Shown here: positions 1 to 8,299 of the stretch, piece after piece
How positions within the stretch are numbered: position 1 is the first letter of the stretch
Layout of the letters: each line of letters starts with the position of its first letter
DNA from: a virus
DNA: 33,315 bases
Direction: 5' to 3' (one strand)
IMG/VR virus record: IMGVR_UViG_3300049032_000027
Span: 1 to 33,315 of that record
Made by a program: the position numbers and the translations under genes
The notes under the pieces: generated by a model
The model's database searches: none
The model's input: only the letters and a program-made list of their open reading frames with translations
Told to the model about the DNA's origin: nothing

Positions 1-224
1 GTTTTAGCGGCCTATGGCTTACTTATATTGGTAGCTAAGTATGAATAGTATAATCGTATATTCTCCGTACTGTTTAAAGTGCGTAAATAAAACTAGATGG
101 AAAGAAATTGAAGTTTTAGCGGCCTATGGCTTACTTATATTGGTAGCTAAGTATGAATAGTATAATCGTATATTCTCCGTACTGTTTAAAGTGCGTAAAT
201 AAAACTAGATGGAAAGAAATTGAA
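1..224. repeat. Two identical head-to-tail copies of a 112-bp unit (1-112, 113-224); the same unit recurs at 33077-33315
   Basis: Read directly: the unit gttttagcggcctatgg...ggaaagaaattgaa repeats exactly. The unit is the last 48 nt of the DUF1360-like gene plus the first 72 nt of the glutaredoxin-like gene, overlapping in ATGAATAG. Confidence 0.95.
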
Positions 225-383
225 AGGTTTGCGATCCTGAATGGATACCAACTTGAAGAACGGCGTACTAATTATTCAAAAGTATATCAACAAGAAGCCT
301 CTGAATTTTCGGATAAACTTCCAATCGTTACTCTAAAAGACAAATTCATTTCTGTTAGCGGAAATCTTGAGGATATACTGTGA
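153..383 (+). CDS. Small glutaredoxin/NrdH-like redoxin
   Basis: 76 aa. Has IIVYSPYCLKC (beta strand then CxxC), later KLPIV (cis-Pro position) and SVSG, which is the thioredoxin-fold order seen in NrdH/Grx. The start lies inside the 112-bp repeat. Confidence 0.6.
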   Translation: MNSIIVYSPYCLKCVNKTRWKEIERFAILNGYQLEERRTNYSKVYQQEASEFSDKLPIVTLKDKFISVSGNLEDIL

Positions 384-1036
384 AGTATCCTATTTTACTA
401 CCCTATGTCCATACGCAAGACGACGGCAAAGAATTAAAATATTGTCTTAGAAGCCTGGAGAATATTAAAAACTGGAATGGTAATTTATATATGATAGGAG
501 ATTTGCCTAGCTGGATTAATAAATCCGAAATAAAGCATGTGATTCCCTCTAAGAGAATGACAAATCCTTACTTGGATGTAGCAAATAAAATCTATGAATG
601 TTTCATAAATCCAGAACTTCCCGATAATTTTATTTTCATGAATGATGATATTTACATCACAGAACCTATATCGGTATCGGCTTATAATTCTGGAAATATA
701 CCAGATGTTATTACAGGAATGCACAAATCTTCTCTGTACAGAACAAAGATATGGTTACGAAAAAATGGGTATAACACTTTGAATTATGATACCCATACAC
801 CTATGGTTATTAACAAAGAAAAGTGGCTTAAAATTTACGAAGTAAACAAGTCGAACCAACAATTTATGCAGTGGCGTTCACTATATGGAAATATTAACGG
901 TATTGAATCTGAATTCATGACTGATAAAAAGACTCGAACTAATAAGTTAATGGAAGGTAAAATAATTTCCACGTTATTTTATACGGACGAGTTGAAGAAG
1001 ATGTTCCCTATAGAAAGTAGATTTAAATGCGTATAG
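380..1036 (+). CDS. Stealth CR2-like sugar-phosphotransferase (putative)
   Basis: DDGKELKYCLRSLENI...LYMIGDLPSWIN...FIFMNDDIYI resembles the Stealth CR2 pattern (ELRYSLRSL ... P.WL ... F.Y.NDD). Its start overlaps the upstream stop. Confidence 0.5.
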   Translation: MKYPILLPYVHTQDDGKELKYCLRSLENIKNWNGNLYMIGDLPSWINKSEIKHVIPSKRMTNPYLDVANKIYECFINPELPDNFIFMNDDIYITEPISVSAYNSGNIPDVITGMHKSSLYRTKIWLRKNGYNTLNYDTHTPMVINKEKWLKIYEVNKSNQQFMQWRSLYGNINGIESEFMTDKKTRTNKLMEGKIISTLFYTDELKKMFPIESRFKCV

Positions 1037-1962
1037 CAATTTATGGAAACTTCTCTGTTCCCTATTGTTCAGAAGTTCATTATGCGAACGTACTTTCTAA
1101 AATGGGGCACGAAGTTATAAGACTTCAGGAAAATACAGTGCGCACTAATGCAGCCCTTAGAGTAGGATTACAGTCAAATGTGTTCGTATGGATACACTCT
1201 CATGGATTCATGAACAGAGGGACTTTATCTATGAAGCAAGTTATTCAATCGTTAAAGAATGCTAATATACCAACCGTTGCGTACCATCTCGATCTATACA
1301 TGGGATTAGACAGATGGAAAGAATACGAAAACTCAGACTATTTCAAAGTAGAGCACTTTTTCACAGTGGATAAACTAATGGCAGATTGGTTCAATGAAAA
1401 TACCCAGGTAAAAGGACATTTCTTGCCTGCTGGAGTCTACGATGACGAGGTAATAGCTCTGGAACCACAACGAGTAGACTATGAGGTAGTATTTGTTGGT
1501 GCTAAAAACTACCATAATGATTGGCCTTACCGACCTCAACTTATAGCTTTTCTACGAGACACCTATAAAGACAAATTCTTATTAGTAGGAAGAGATGGAA
1601 TCGGAACAAAACGAGGTTTAGAATTAAACCAAATTTACTCAAATGCAAAAATTGCTATTGGGGATACATTAAATATAGGCTTTAACTACCCTTACTACTC
1701 ATCAGATAGACTATTTGAATCTATAGGCCGTGGAGCTTTTACAATTTACCCACGGATAAAAGGACTCGAAGATTACTACGAAGACGGAAAAGAAATCGTG
1801 TTTTATGAGCATGGAAACCTAGAAGACTTGAAGTACAAAATAGACTACTACCTCACTCACGATGATGAACGTGAAAAAATAAGAAAAGCTGGATTTGAAA
1901 GAACAAAAAAAGAACACCTATATTCTATGAGGTGGGAAGAAATACTGGATAAAGTATGTTAG
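1027..1962 (+). CDS. CgeB-like / GT1-type glycosyltransferase (putative)
   Basis: The C-terminal RLFESIGRGAFTIY...EDGKEIVFYEHGNLEDLKYKIDYYLTHDDEREKIRKAGFERTKKEHLYSMRWEEIL resembles the Glyco_trans_1_2/CgeB C-terminal domain. Confidence 0.55.
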   Translation: MRIAIYGNFSVPYCSEVHYANVLSKMGHEVIRLQENTVRTNAALRVGLQSNVFVWIHSHGFMNRGTLSMKQVIQSLKNANIPTVAYHLDLYMGLDRWKEYENSDYFKVEHFFTVDKLMADWFNENTQVKGHFLPAGVYDDEVIALEPQRVDYEVVFVGAKNYHNDWPYRPQLIAFLRDTYKDKFLLVGRDGIGTKRGLELNQIYSNAKIAIGDTLNIGFNYPYYSSDRLFESIGRGAFTIYPRIKGLEDYYEDGKEIVFYEHGNLEDLKYKIDYYLTHDDEREKIRKAGFERTKKEHLYSMRWEEILDKVC

Positions 1963-2612
1963 ATATTATCACCAGAGAAAATTCGCCAAGCGACCAGAAG
2001 ATAGTCGATGAAATATTCAAAGAGAACGTTTATCGTTTACATGATTATATGTACGAGGACAAGGCAATATTTTTGGATATAGGGGCAAACATCGGAGTAT
2101 TCACTTTATACGCCTTAGAGCGTGCGTACGTTGCCAATAAGAGGATTTGCGTGTATGCGATAGAACCTGAACCTCATAATTTAAACATGTTAAAAAAGAA
2201 TCTTATAAAAAATTCACACCTTCTAGAGAATGATAGCCAAGTTTTTATCTTAGAGTTAGCAGTTGGAGATAGGGAGGACATCGTCACGATTGATAATAAC
2301 CATGGTGGCTCAAGAATAGGGAAAGGAAAAACAAAAGTATCGATGACCACTCTCGATAAAATCCTCAAAATGTACAAAATAGACAAAGTTGACTTCATGA
2401 AAATGGATATAGAAGGGAGTGAAATACCCTCTCTACTAGCAGCCTCCGATGAGACAATCGACAAAATACATTTCTCCGCAATTGAATTTGATGAACAGAA
2501 TGGACTAGATAAATTTTCAAAAGTTATAAATAGATTTGCTCGTAAATGTTCTATTTCCACTTTGGGAGTTCCGTCACGAGGATGTTATTTATATAGTGAA
2601 AGGCACATATGA
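1956..2612 (+). CDS. FkbM-family SAM-dependent methyltransferase
   Basis: FLDIGANIGVFTLYA (SAM-binding G-loop), IEPEPHNLNMLKKNL and FMKMDIEGSE are the typical FkbM/Methyltransf_21 motifs. Confidence 0.8.
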   Translation: MLDIITRENSPSDQKIVDEIFKENVYRLHDYMYEDKAIFLDIGANIGVFTLYALERAYVANKRICVYAIEPEPHNLNMLKKNLIKNSHLLENDSQVFILELAVGDREDIVTIDNNHGGSRIGKGKTKVSMTTLDKILKMYKIDKVDFMKMDIEGSEIPSLLAASDETIDKIHFSAIEFDEQNGLDKFSKVINRFARKCSISTLGVPSRGCYLYSERHI

Positions 2613-3586
2613 GAATAGGATTATTAACGAGACGAGATAATTCTGGTTTAGGATACCAAACGAAAGCACTTTATGAACTGCTAAAACCTACGAGGGTTTT
2701 ATGTATCGACAGCACTCCATTTAATGGACACTCTCAAAATCTCAATTGGTACAAAGATGCAGACTACTTACAGATAACAAACGGATTCCCAACCGATCAT
2801 GATATAGACTTATTTCTAAGAGAATTAGATATTCTTATAACCTGTGAAATACCTTACAACTACACTTTATTCTCACTAGCAAAAGAACGAGGAATAAAAA
2901 CGGTTCTACAGCCAAATGCAGAATTTAACCAGCATTTCTATGGTAAAACACTCCCAAAACCAGATGCCTTTTTCTTACCGAGTAAATGGTATGAGCAAGA
3001 AACAAAAGAATTAGGTATACCAACCTACTATTGTCCACCTCCAACATTCAAAGAACAAAAAAGAAACATAACTAAAGAACAAGGAAAATTAAGAGTCCTC
3101 CATATTGGTGGCAAGAAAGCCTTTCTGGATAGGAATGGAACTGATGATGTTAGTAAAATTAATCTACCAGACGTAGAAATAACCATCTCCCAGCAAGTCA
3201 TGAGCGAGGAAGATAACAATATGGACTTGTATAAGGGAGACTATGATATCGTACTTATCCCAAGAAAGTATGGAGGTTTATGTTTACCAATGAGAGAGTC
3301 TTTAGCCTTTGGGTATCCCGTTATAATGCCGCATATACCTCCAAATAACGATCTATTACCAAAAGAATGGCTATCATCACCAAGTAGAAGAACACAACGA
3401 ATGATGAAACGTCTTATAAATGTGTATGAAAATGATATACAAAGTATAGTAAAAAGACTTGAATACTTCAGAGACATGACAAACGAAGAATACCTAAAAC
3501 AAGTAGAAAAAGCGTATACTATAAATAGACAGATAGAAAGCGATATAAAGTGGGAAGAATATCTAAAGGAGATAGTAGATGAGTAG
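2609..3586 (+). CDS. GT-B fold glycosyltransferase (putative)
   Basis: The N-terminus MRIGLLTRRDNSGLGYQTKAL and the C-terminal GGLCLPMRESLAFGYPVIMP are like the GT4 E-x7-E region. It sits in an operon with the other sugar enzymes. Confidence 0.5.
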   Translation: MRIGLLTRRDNSGLGYQTKALYELLKPTRVLCIDSTPFNGHSQNLNWYKDADYLQITNGFPTDHDIDLFLRELDILITCEIPYNYTLFSLAKERGIKTVLQPNAEFNQHFYGKTLPKPDAFFLPSKWYEQETKELGIPTYYCPPPTFKEQKRNITKEQGKLRVLHIGGKKAFLDRNGTDDVSKINLPDVEITISQQVMSEEDNNMDLYKGDYDIVLIPRKYGGLCLPMRESLAFGYPVIMPHIPPNNDLLPKEWLSSPSRRTQRMMKRLINVYENDIQSIVKRLEYFRDMTNEEYLKQVEKAYTINRQIESDIKWEEYLKEIVDE

Positions 3587-4061
3587 TAATGACATAGGAA
3601 GACCATCAGACTACACACCTGAACTAGCAGACCTCATATGTGAGCAACTTGCAATGGGTTATTCAGTTAGAACTGTATGTAAGGGCGAAGGTATGCCAGC
3701 TCCGAGTACTATTTTTAGGTGGTTGAGGGAGCATAAAGAATTTCAAGAGCAATACGCGCGCGCGAAACAAGAGTCTGCTGATGCTATGGCTGATGAACTA
3801 CTTGATATTGTAGATGATGGATCTAACGATTGGATGGTAATTAACAAAGGCGGGTACACTGCAACAGTAGTAGACCAAGAGGCAGTGCAAAGATCAAAAC
3901 TCAGAGCCGAAACAAGGAAATGGCTAATGTCAAAGATGAAACCTAAGAAGTATGGTGACAAGCTTGACTTAACTAGTGGCGGAAAGAAGATAGAGCAAGC
4001 CCCAATTGTTGTAAGTGATATTAGGCCGAGAAATGTTGATACTGAGCAAGAAACAAGCTGA
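3579..4061 (+). CDS. Terminase small subunit
   Basis: RPSDYTPELADLICEQLAMGYSVRTVCKGEGMPAPSTIFRWLREHKEFQEQYARAKQESADAMADE is the common HTH-type small-terminase N-terminus. It lies immediately upstream of the large terminase and has an AAAGGAG RBS. Confidence 0.75.
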   Translation: MSSNDIGRPSDYTPELADLICEQLAMGYSVRTVCKGEGMPAPSTIFRWLREHKEFQEQYARAKQESADAMADELLDIVDDGSNDWMVINKGGYTATVVDQEAVQRSKLRAETRKWLMSKMKPKKYGDKLDLTSGGKKIEQAPIVVSDIRPRNVDTEQETS

Positions 4062-5418
4062 AGCAGTAGAAGCAGTAAATGACCCAACGATCGACACCTT
4101 GATACTACTAGGGACAGTTGGTACTGGAAAGACTGATGTTGCAGCACATATTGTAATTTCTATATGCCATAAGTTTCCTAATACAAGGTGGCCAGTATTT
4201 CGGCAAAACATATCGACAGCCCAAGAAACAGTCATACCTTCATACCTAGATATGCTCGAAAAAATGGGGTTTGTTGAGGATGAGGACTACATATACAGGG
4301 AGAAGCCATTTTTTATCAGGTTTAATAATGGTTCAACAATTAGGTTTAGGGAGGCAGACTGGACGAAAGACCGCCGACTTACAAAGATCAAAGGTATAAA
4401 TGCTACAGGAAATCATATAGATGAGCCAGATGAGTTACACCCAGACATGCTCGTACAGGCGGTATCTCGTAAGGGAAGAAAGAACGAAAACGGACAGCCC
4501 AGCTTATCTATACTATCTCTTAACCCTACGGACGTTGAATATTTTATCGAATACTATAACAAGTTCAAATACCCCCAAGAGTACGGCGAACTTCCTTCTA
4601 ATGTTCGAGTAATAGAATTTACGATTGAAGATAGTTGGCAGTCCCAACAAGACATCGATAGCCTCATGCAACAGCCGAAATGGTGGGTCGAAAGGTACAT
4701 TAATAATAACTGGAACTATAAAGACGAAGAAAAGACAATATTCAAATCTGCACTATTCGCACGAGCTAAGACTGATAAGATTGTTCCAGGCAGGAAAACT
4801 ATGGGTTATGACGTTGCCGACGAAGGAAAAGACCGAGCCGGTGCGGCAGAATGGGAGAATTATACTCTCTATGATATAACTATTACCAAAAACCATGATG
4901 AACAGATGAAGTCAGAAGATCAAGCAGATTGGTTAATACAAAGATCAGACGAAAGAGCTATAGGGTACGAAAACATTGCCGTAGATGGCGTAGGAAATGG
5001 CGTAGGTGTAATAACCGCAGGTAGAATGAAAGGAGTTGAGTTCTCTGTATTTAAGTCTGGAATGTCGCCTGATATGTACCTTACGTTTAACGATGAACCG
5101 TTGAGCCGAGAAGAAGCACAGAAGAACAGTGAGATAGTATCGTTTAATAACCTCAGATCACAAGTAGCTTACTTAATGGCCATGGGTATGGAACAAGGCA
5201 AAGTAAAGTTATTCATGGATACCCCATTACTCAAGGAATTTATGGATGAAGCCCAGCAACACCACAACACCATAAAGGACAAAGCATTTATATTAGAGTC
5301 AAAAGAGAGCATAAAAAAACGTACGGGAAAATCTCCAGACATATTTGATATGGTTCTTATGGGATTCTGGAAACAGCTTAAGAGAGAGCATAAGATTGAA
5401 TGGGGCGGAATAAGATAA
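4015..5418 (+). CDS. Terminase large subunit
   Basis: Walker A GTVGTGKTD, ATPase followed by nuclease-domain layout, and position. The start is GTG 4015 or the in-frame ATG 4033. Confidence 0.85.
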   Translation: MILGREMLILSKKQAEAVEAVNDPTIDTLILLGTVGTGKTDVAAHIVISICHKFPNTRWPVFRQNISTAQETVIPSYLDMLEKMGFVEDEDYIYREKPFFIRFNNGSTIRFREADWTKDRRLTKIKGINATGNHIDEPDELHPDMLVQAVSRKGRKNENGQPSLSILSLNPTDVEYFIEYYNKFKYPQEYGELPSNVRVIEFTIEDSWQSQQDIDSLMQQPKWWVERYINNNWNYKDEEKTIFKSALFARAKTDKIVPGRKTMGYDVADEGKDRAGAAEWENYTLYDITITKNHDEQMKSEDQADWLIQRSDERAIGYENIAVDGVGNGVGVITAGRMKGVEFSVFKSGMSPDMYLTFNDEPLSREEAQKNSEIVSFNNLRSQVAYLMAMGMEQGKVKLFMDTPLLKEFMDEAQQHHNTIKDKAFILESKESIKKRTGKSPDIFDMVLMGFWKQLKREHKIEWGGIR

Positions 5419-5426
5419 CCCTTGTT

Positions 5427-5435
5427 TGCTATACT
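5427..5435 (+). promoter_or_regulatory. Extended -10 promoter (TGcTATACT) followed by AATAATAGATAG (late-type motif)
   Basis: TGnTATAnT followed by A/T-rich TAATAGA recurs at 8215, 12748 and (weaker) 12109 and 19664, each in front of a structural gene block. Confidence 0.4.
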
Positions 5436-5467
5436 AATAATAGATAGAATAATTTGGAAATAATAAC

Positions 5468-7579
5468 TTGAAACCACTAGAAACGCTACGAAACATCTTC
5501 AGTAGACAAGATAAAAAAGTCACCAACTCATATGATTTCGTAGGTGCCCCGTCTTTTTCTCATTGGAACCCGGGTTACTCATTGTTAGATTGTTATAATT
5601 CTGATGCCTACGCAAGCGTCTATCCTAGCATTAAAGCTATATCTAACGAGTTCATGACTATCCAGCCATTCTCGATTGGATCGAATGGTGAACCTAAAAA
5701 GTCAGTTGCAGTTGATGCGCTATATCACCCGAATAAAATCGATAGTTCAGTATCTTTTTTTGAAAAACTTGCAGTTTCTACCCTTGTCCAGAAGAAAACT
5801 TATATTCTTGTATGGCGACGTGAAGGAAAAGAAGCCAAGCCTGGCGGCCAAATTACGCCAAACAACATCGCAGGATTTACCTTTCTTGAGTATCCAACTA
5901 TATCCCGATTGAATGGTAAGACCAACTATACAGTAGGAGAAAATTCATTCACTGAAGACGAGGTAATCGTTATTCCTGGTGGAGTTGACCCTAAAGACCT
6001 TTACGGAGGTTACTCACCAAGCGAAGCGGCTCGTCGATGGGCTACACTTGATGACTACATAGCAGACTACCAAGCAGGATTCTTTGAGAACGGTGCAGTA
6101 CCAGCGGGGCAGTTTATTATTACCGCTCCAAGCGCTAAAGAGTTTGATGACATTGTAAACACGCTCCAAGCTCGCCATAGGGGTGCAGGAAAAAACGGAA
6201 ACGTCACTTACTCACACCGTCCAATCGATAAGGAAACTGGCAAGCCTTCAGATGCACAGTTGGAGTGGATTCCTTTCCAGCAGTCCAACAAAGATATCGA
6301 CTTTAAAAACCTATTTGAACAAGCTAACAAGCGAATTGATTCTGCTTTCGGTGTACCGGCGTCTATTCGAGGCGTTGGTGAGAATAATAACTACGCAACG
6401 GCTCGACTCGACCAGCAAAACTTTATTCGTTTTACAGTTAAACCACTAGCAACTCGAATTTATACTACCCTTACCCACGAGCTTAACCGAATCACTAACG
6501 GACTTGGTGTGGCAATTACTTTTGAGTTGGAACTTCCAGCAGTCGCCGACGAGCAGAAAGTCCAAGCCGAGACGAAACAGATAGAGCTAAATATGATTGT
6601 TACAGGTATTAACAATGGCTTTACTCTCGAAAGTACTGTCGAAGCGCTTAAACTTTCTAACTCTTATAAGCTCCTTAAAACAGGCACTTCTACGGAAACT
6701 AAGATAGATAACGACAAGCCTAATGTTGACGAAGGTGGCGAAGTAAACGAAAGTCCCGATCCTGAAAAAGTAGACGGGATAACCGCATACAACGAGGCAG
6801 CGAATCGCCCAAACCCAAAAGCTGAATTAACAGACTACGATAAGTTATACGCAGCCGCTCGACAGACAATGAAACGTCAAATCAATAAAGCTGTTGAAGA
6901 AATAACCGAAGATGATATCACTAACGAGTTAAACCCAGACCCGACACTCGACGAAGAGAACGAGTTTGTCGATGATATGATGTTGGTCATCACAGGAATC
7001 CTTATATCGAGAGGTGTTATCCAATACTCAAAAGGTAAGGAGTTACTTGAAAGCGCAGGGATTGATACAGATAACTTAACTGAGTTTATCTTGCCAGAGG
7101 CAGCCGAGACACGTTATCGGATGTATTTATCGAAGGTGGCTACGTCTTACATGACAGACACCGCAAATGCTATTAGGAAAGTCTTATCCAATGCAGTGGC
7201 CAATGAGTTAAGTCTTGCCGAAACAAAGAAATCTCTACGATCTATAATGGATACTGACGAGTATAGGATTAAGCGTATTGCAGAAACTGAACTTAACAGG
7301 TCACAAGCTATGGGAAGTATTGAATCAATGCGAGAGATTCAAGCACAAACTGGTGTGCGGATTCAAAAAGGATTACTACACGGAGGTTCAGATGCCCCTT
7401 GTGAATTTTGTCAGGTTCTACTTAATAAATGGGTTGATGTAGACCAGGACTTTATCCTAGAGGGTGAGGCAGTGATTGGAGCAGACGGAGGGGTATATCT
7501 AAACAACTTCGCCGCAAACGAGGGGTATGATATTCATCCAAACGGGCACTGTAGCCCAGAATATAGGGTAGTACAATGA
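5468..7579 (+). CDS. Portal protein fused to a MuF/SPP1 gp7-like head-morphogenesis domain
   Basis: The N-terminal two thirds are portal-like (FFENGAVPAGQFIITAP, AFGVPASIRG). The C-terminus has ETELNRSQAMGS ... CEFCQ ... HPNGHCSPEY, typical of Phage_Mu_F. TTG start. Confidence 0.8.
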   Translation: MKPLETLRNIFSRQDKKVTNSYDFVGAPSFSHWNPGYSLLDCYNSDAYASVYPSIKAISNEFMTIQPFSIGSNGEPKKSVAVDALYHPNKIDSSVSFFEKLAVSTLVQKKTYILVWRREGKEAKPGGQITPNNIAGFTFLEYPTISRLNGKTNYTVGENSFTEDEVIVIPGGVDPKDLYGGYSPSEAARRWATLDDYIADYQAGFFENGAVPAGQFIITAPSAKEFDDIVNTLQARHRGAGKNGNVTYSHRPIDKETGKPSDAQLEWIPFQQSNKDIDFKNLFEQANKRIDSAFGVPASIRGVGENNNYATARLDQQNFIRFTVKPLATRIYTTLTHELNRITNGLGVAITFELELPAVADEQKVQAETKQIELNMIVTGINNGFTLESTVEALKLSNSYKLLKTGTSTETKIDNDKPNVDEGGEVNESPDPEKVDGITAYNEAANRPNPKAELTDYDKLYAAARQTMKRQINKAVEEITEDDITNELNPDPTLDEENEFVDDMMLVITGILISRGVIQYSKGKELLESAGIDTDNLTEFILPEAAETRYRMYLSKVATSYMTDTANAIRKVLSNAVANELSLAETKKSLRSIMDTDEYRIKRIAETELNRSQAMGSIESMREIQAQTGVRIQKGLLHGGSDAPCEFCQVLLNKWVDVDQDFILEGEAVIGADGGVYLNNFAANEGYDIHPNGHCSPEYRVVQ

Positions 7580-7770
7580 AAGAATACGAGATTAAATGTA
7601 CACATTGCGGAAGGTTCCTCGGCGCAACAGACACCACATTTATTGGAAAACTAAAATGTTCAAATAGTTCATGCAAAAAAATGGTAAACATAAAAGTAGT
7701 TACCCCAAATTCTACAGATGAAGATTTAAGGTACACATTCCCAAAGGAGGAAGAAAATGGAAACGAATAA
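7576..7770 (+). CDS. Com-like zinc-ribbon protein (putative)
   Basis: MKEYEIKCTHCGRFLGATDTTFIGKLKCSNSSCKKMVNIK has the same CxxC...C..C layout as phage Mu Com. ATGA overlap with the portal gene. Confidence 0.45.
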   Translation: MKEYEIKCTHCGRFLGATDTTFIGKLKCSNSSCKKMVNIKVVTPNSTDEDLRYTFPKEEENGNE

Positions 7771-8197
7771 TGATTTATTGCACCAGATTGCAGGTGCAGA
7801 TCAAAGCCAACAACTAACTAATAACCAACTGCTAGAGATCATAGCTAACAATGGTGGGGGCGGGGGCGGTTCATCTGCCTCTAACGGTTTGCATGTAGAA
7901 GCCGGTGACATCAAGTTAGGGGGAGACATTACCGAAACTACTCAAATTGTCGGTAGAGGAAATAATGTTCTAATAATCAATAATCCTCTATCGGAAGTAG
8001 GAACTAATCAAGTAATGGGATTTGCAGTCAACGGTAACACATCGGCCCAAATATTAGCCCTTAGTGCTGATGGAAGTGTATCGAATGTGTTTGATATGAC
8101 TCCTACTTCAACATCTATTTGTCTATTTTCTCCAAATGGAACTAAATACCAACTAGAAGTATCCGATGAGGGAGTTGTAACCGCAATTGCGGCATAA
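7757..8197 (+). CDS. Hypothetical head-module protein with a Gly6 run
   Basis: AAGGAGG RBS; no recognisable motif. Confidence 0.5.
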   Translation: METNNDLLHQIAGADQSQQLTNNQLLEIIANNGGGGGGSSASNGLHVEAGDIKLGGDITETTQIVGRGNNVLIINNPLSEVGTNQVMGFAVNGNTSAQILALSADGSVSNVFDMTPTSTSICLFSPNGTKYQLEVSDEGVVTAIAA

Positions 8198-8214
8198 TCC
8201 ACCACTAGTCACTT

Positions 8215-8223
8215 TGCTATAAT
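8215..8223 (+). promoter_or_regulatory. Extended -10 promoter TGcTATAAT followed by ATTAATAGAAC
   Basis: Same late-type motif as at 5427 and 12748; lies upstream of the protease-capsid gene. Confidence 0.4.
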
Positions 8224-8299
8224 ATTAATAGAACAAAAGACGAACAAAGTTCATAAAGAACGTGAGACTTAGTTCTGAAACTTAATAGAAAAGGTAAGC

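Noticed and set aside
1-224. Interpreting the 112-bp repeats as a CRISPR array or iterons.
   Set aside because: The units are contiguous and identical with no spacers, and they consist of coding sequence from two overlapping genes. This is a tandem duplication or junction artefact, not CRISPR.
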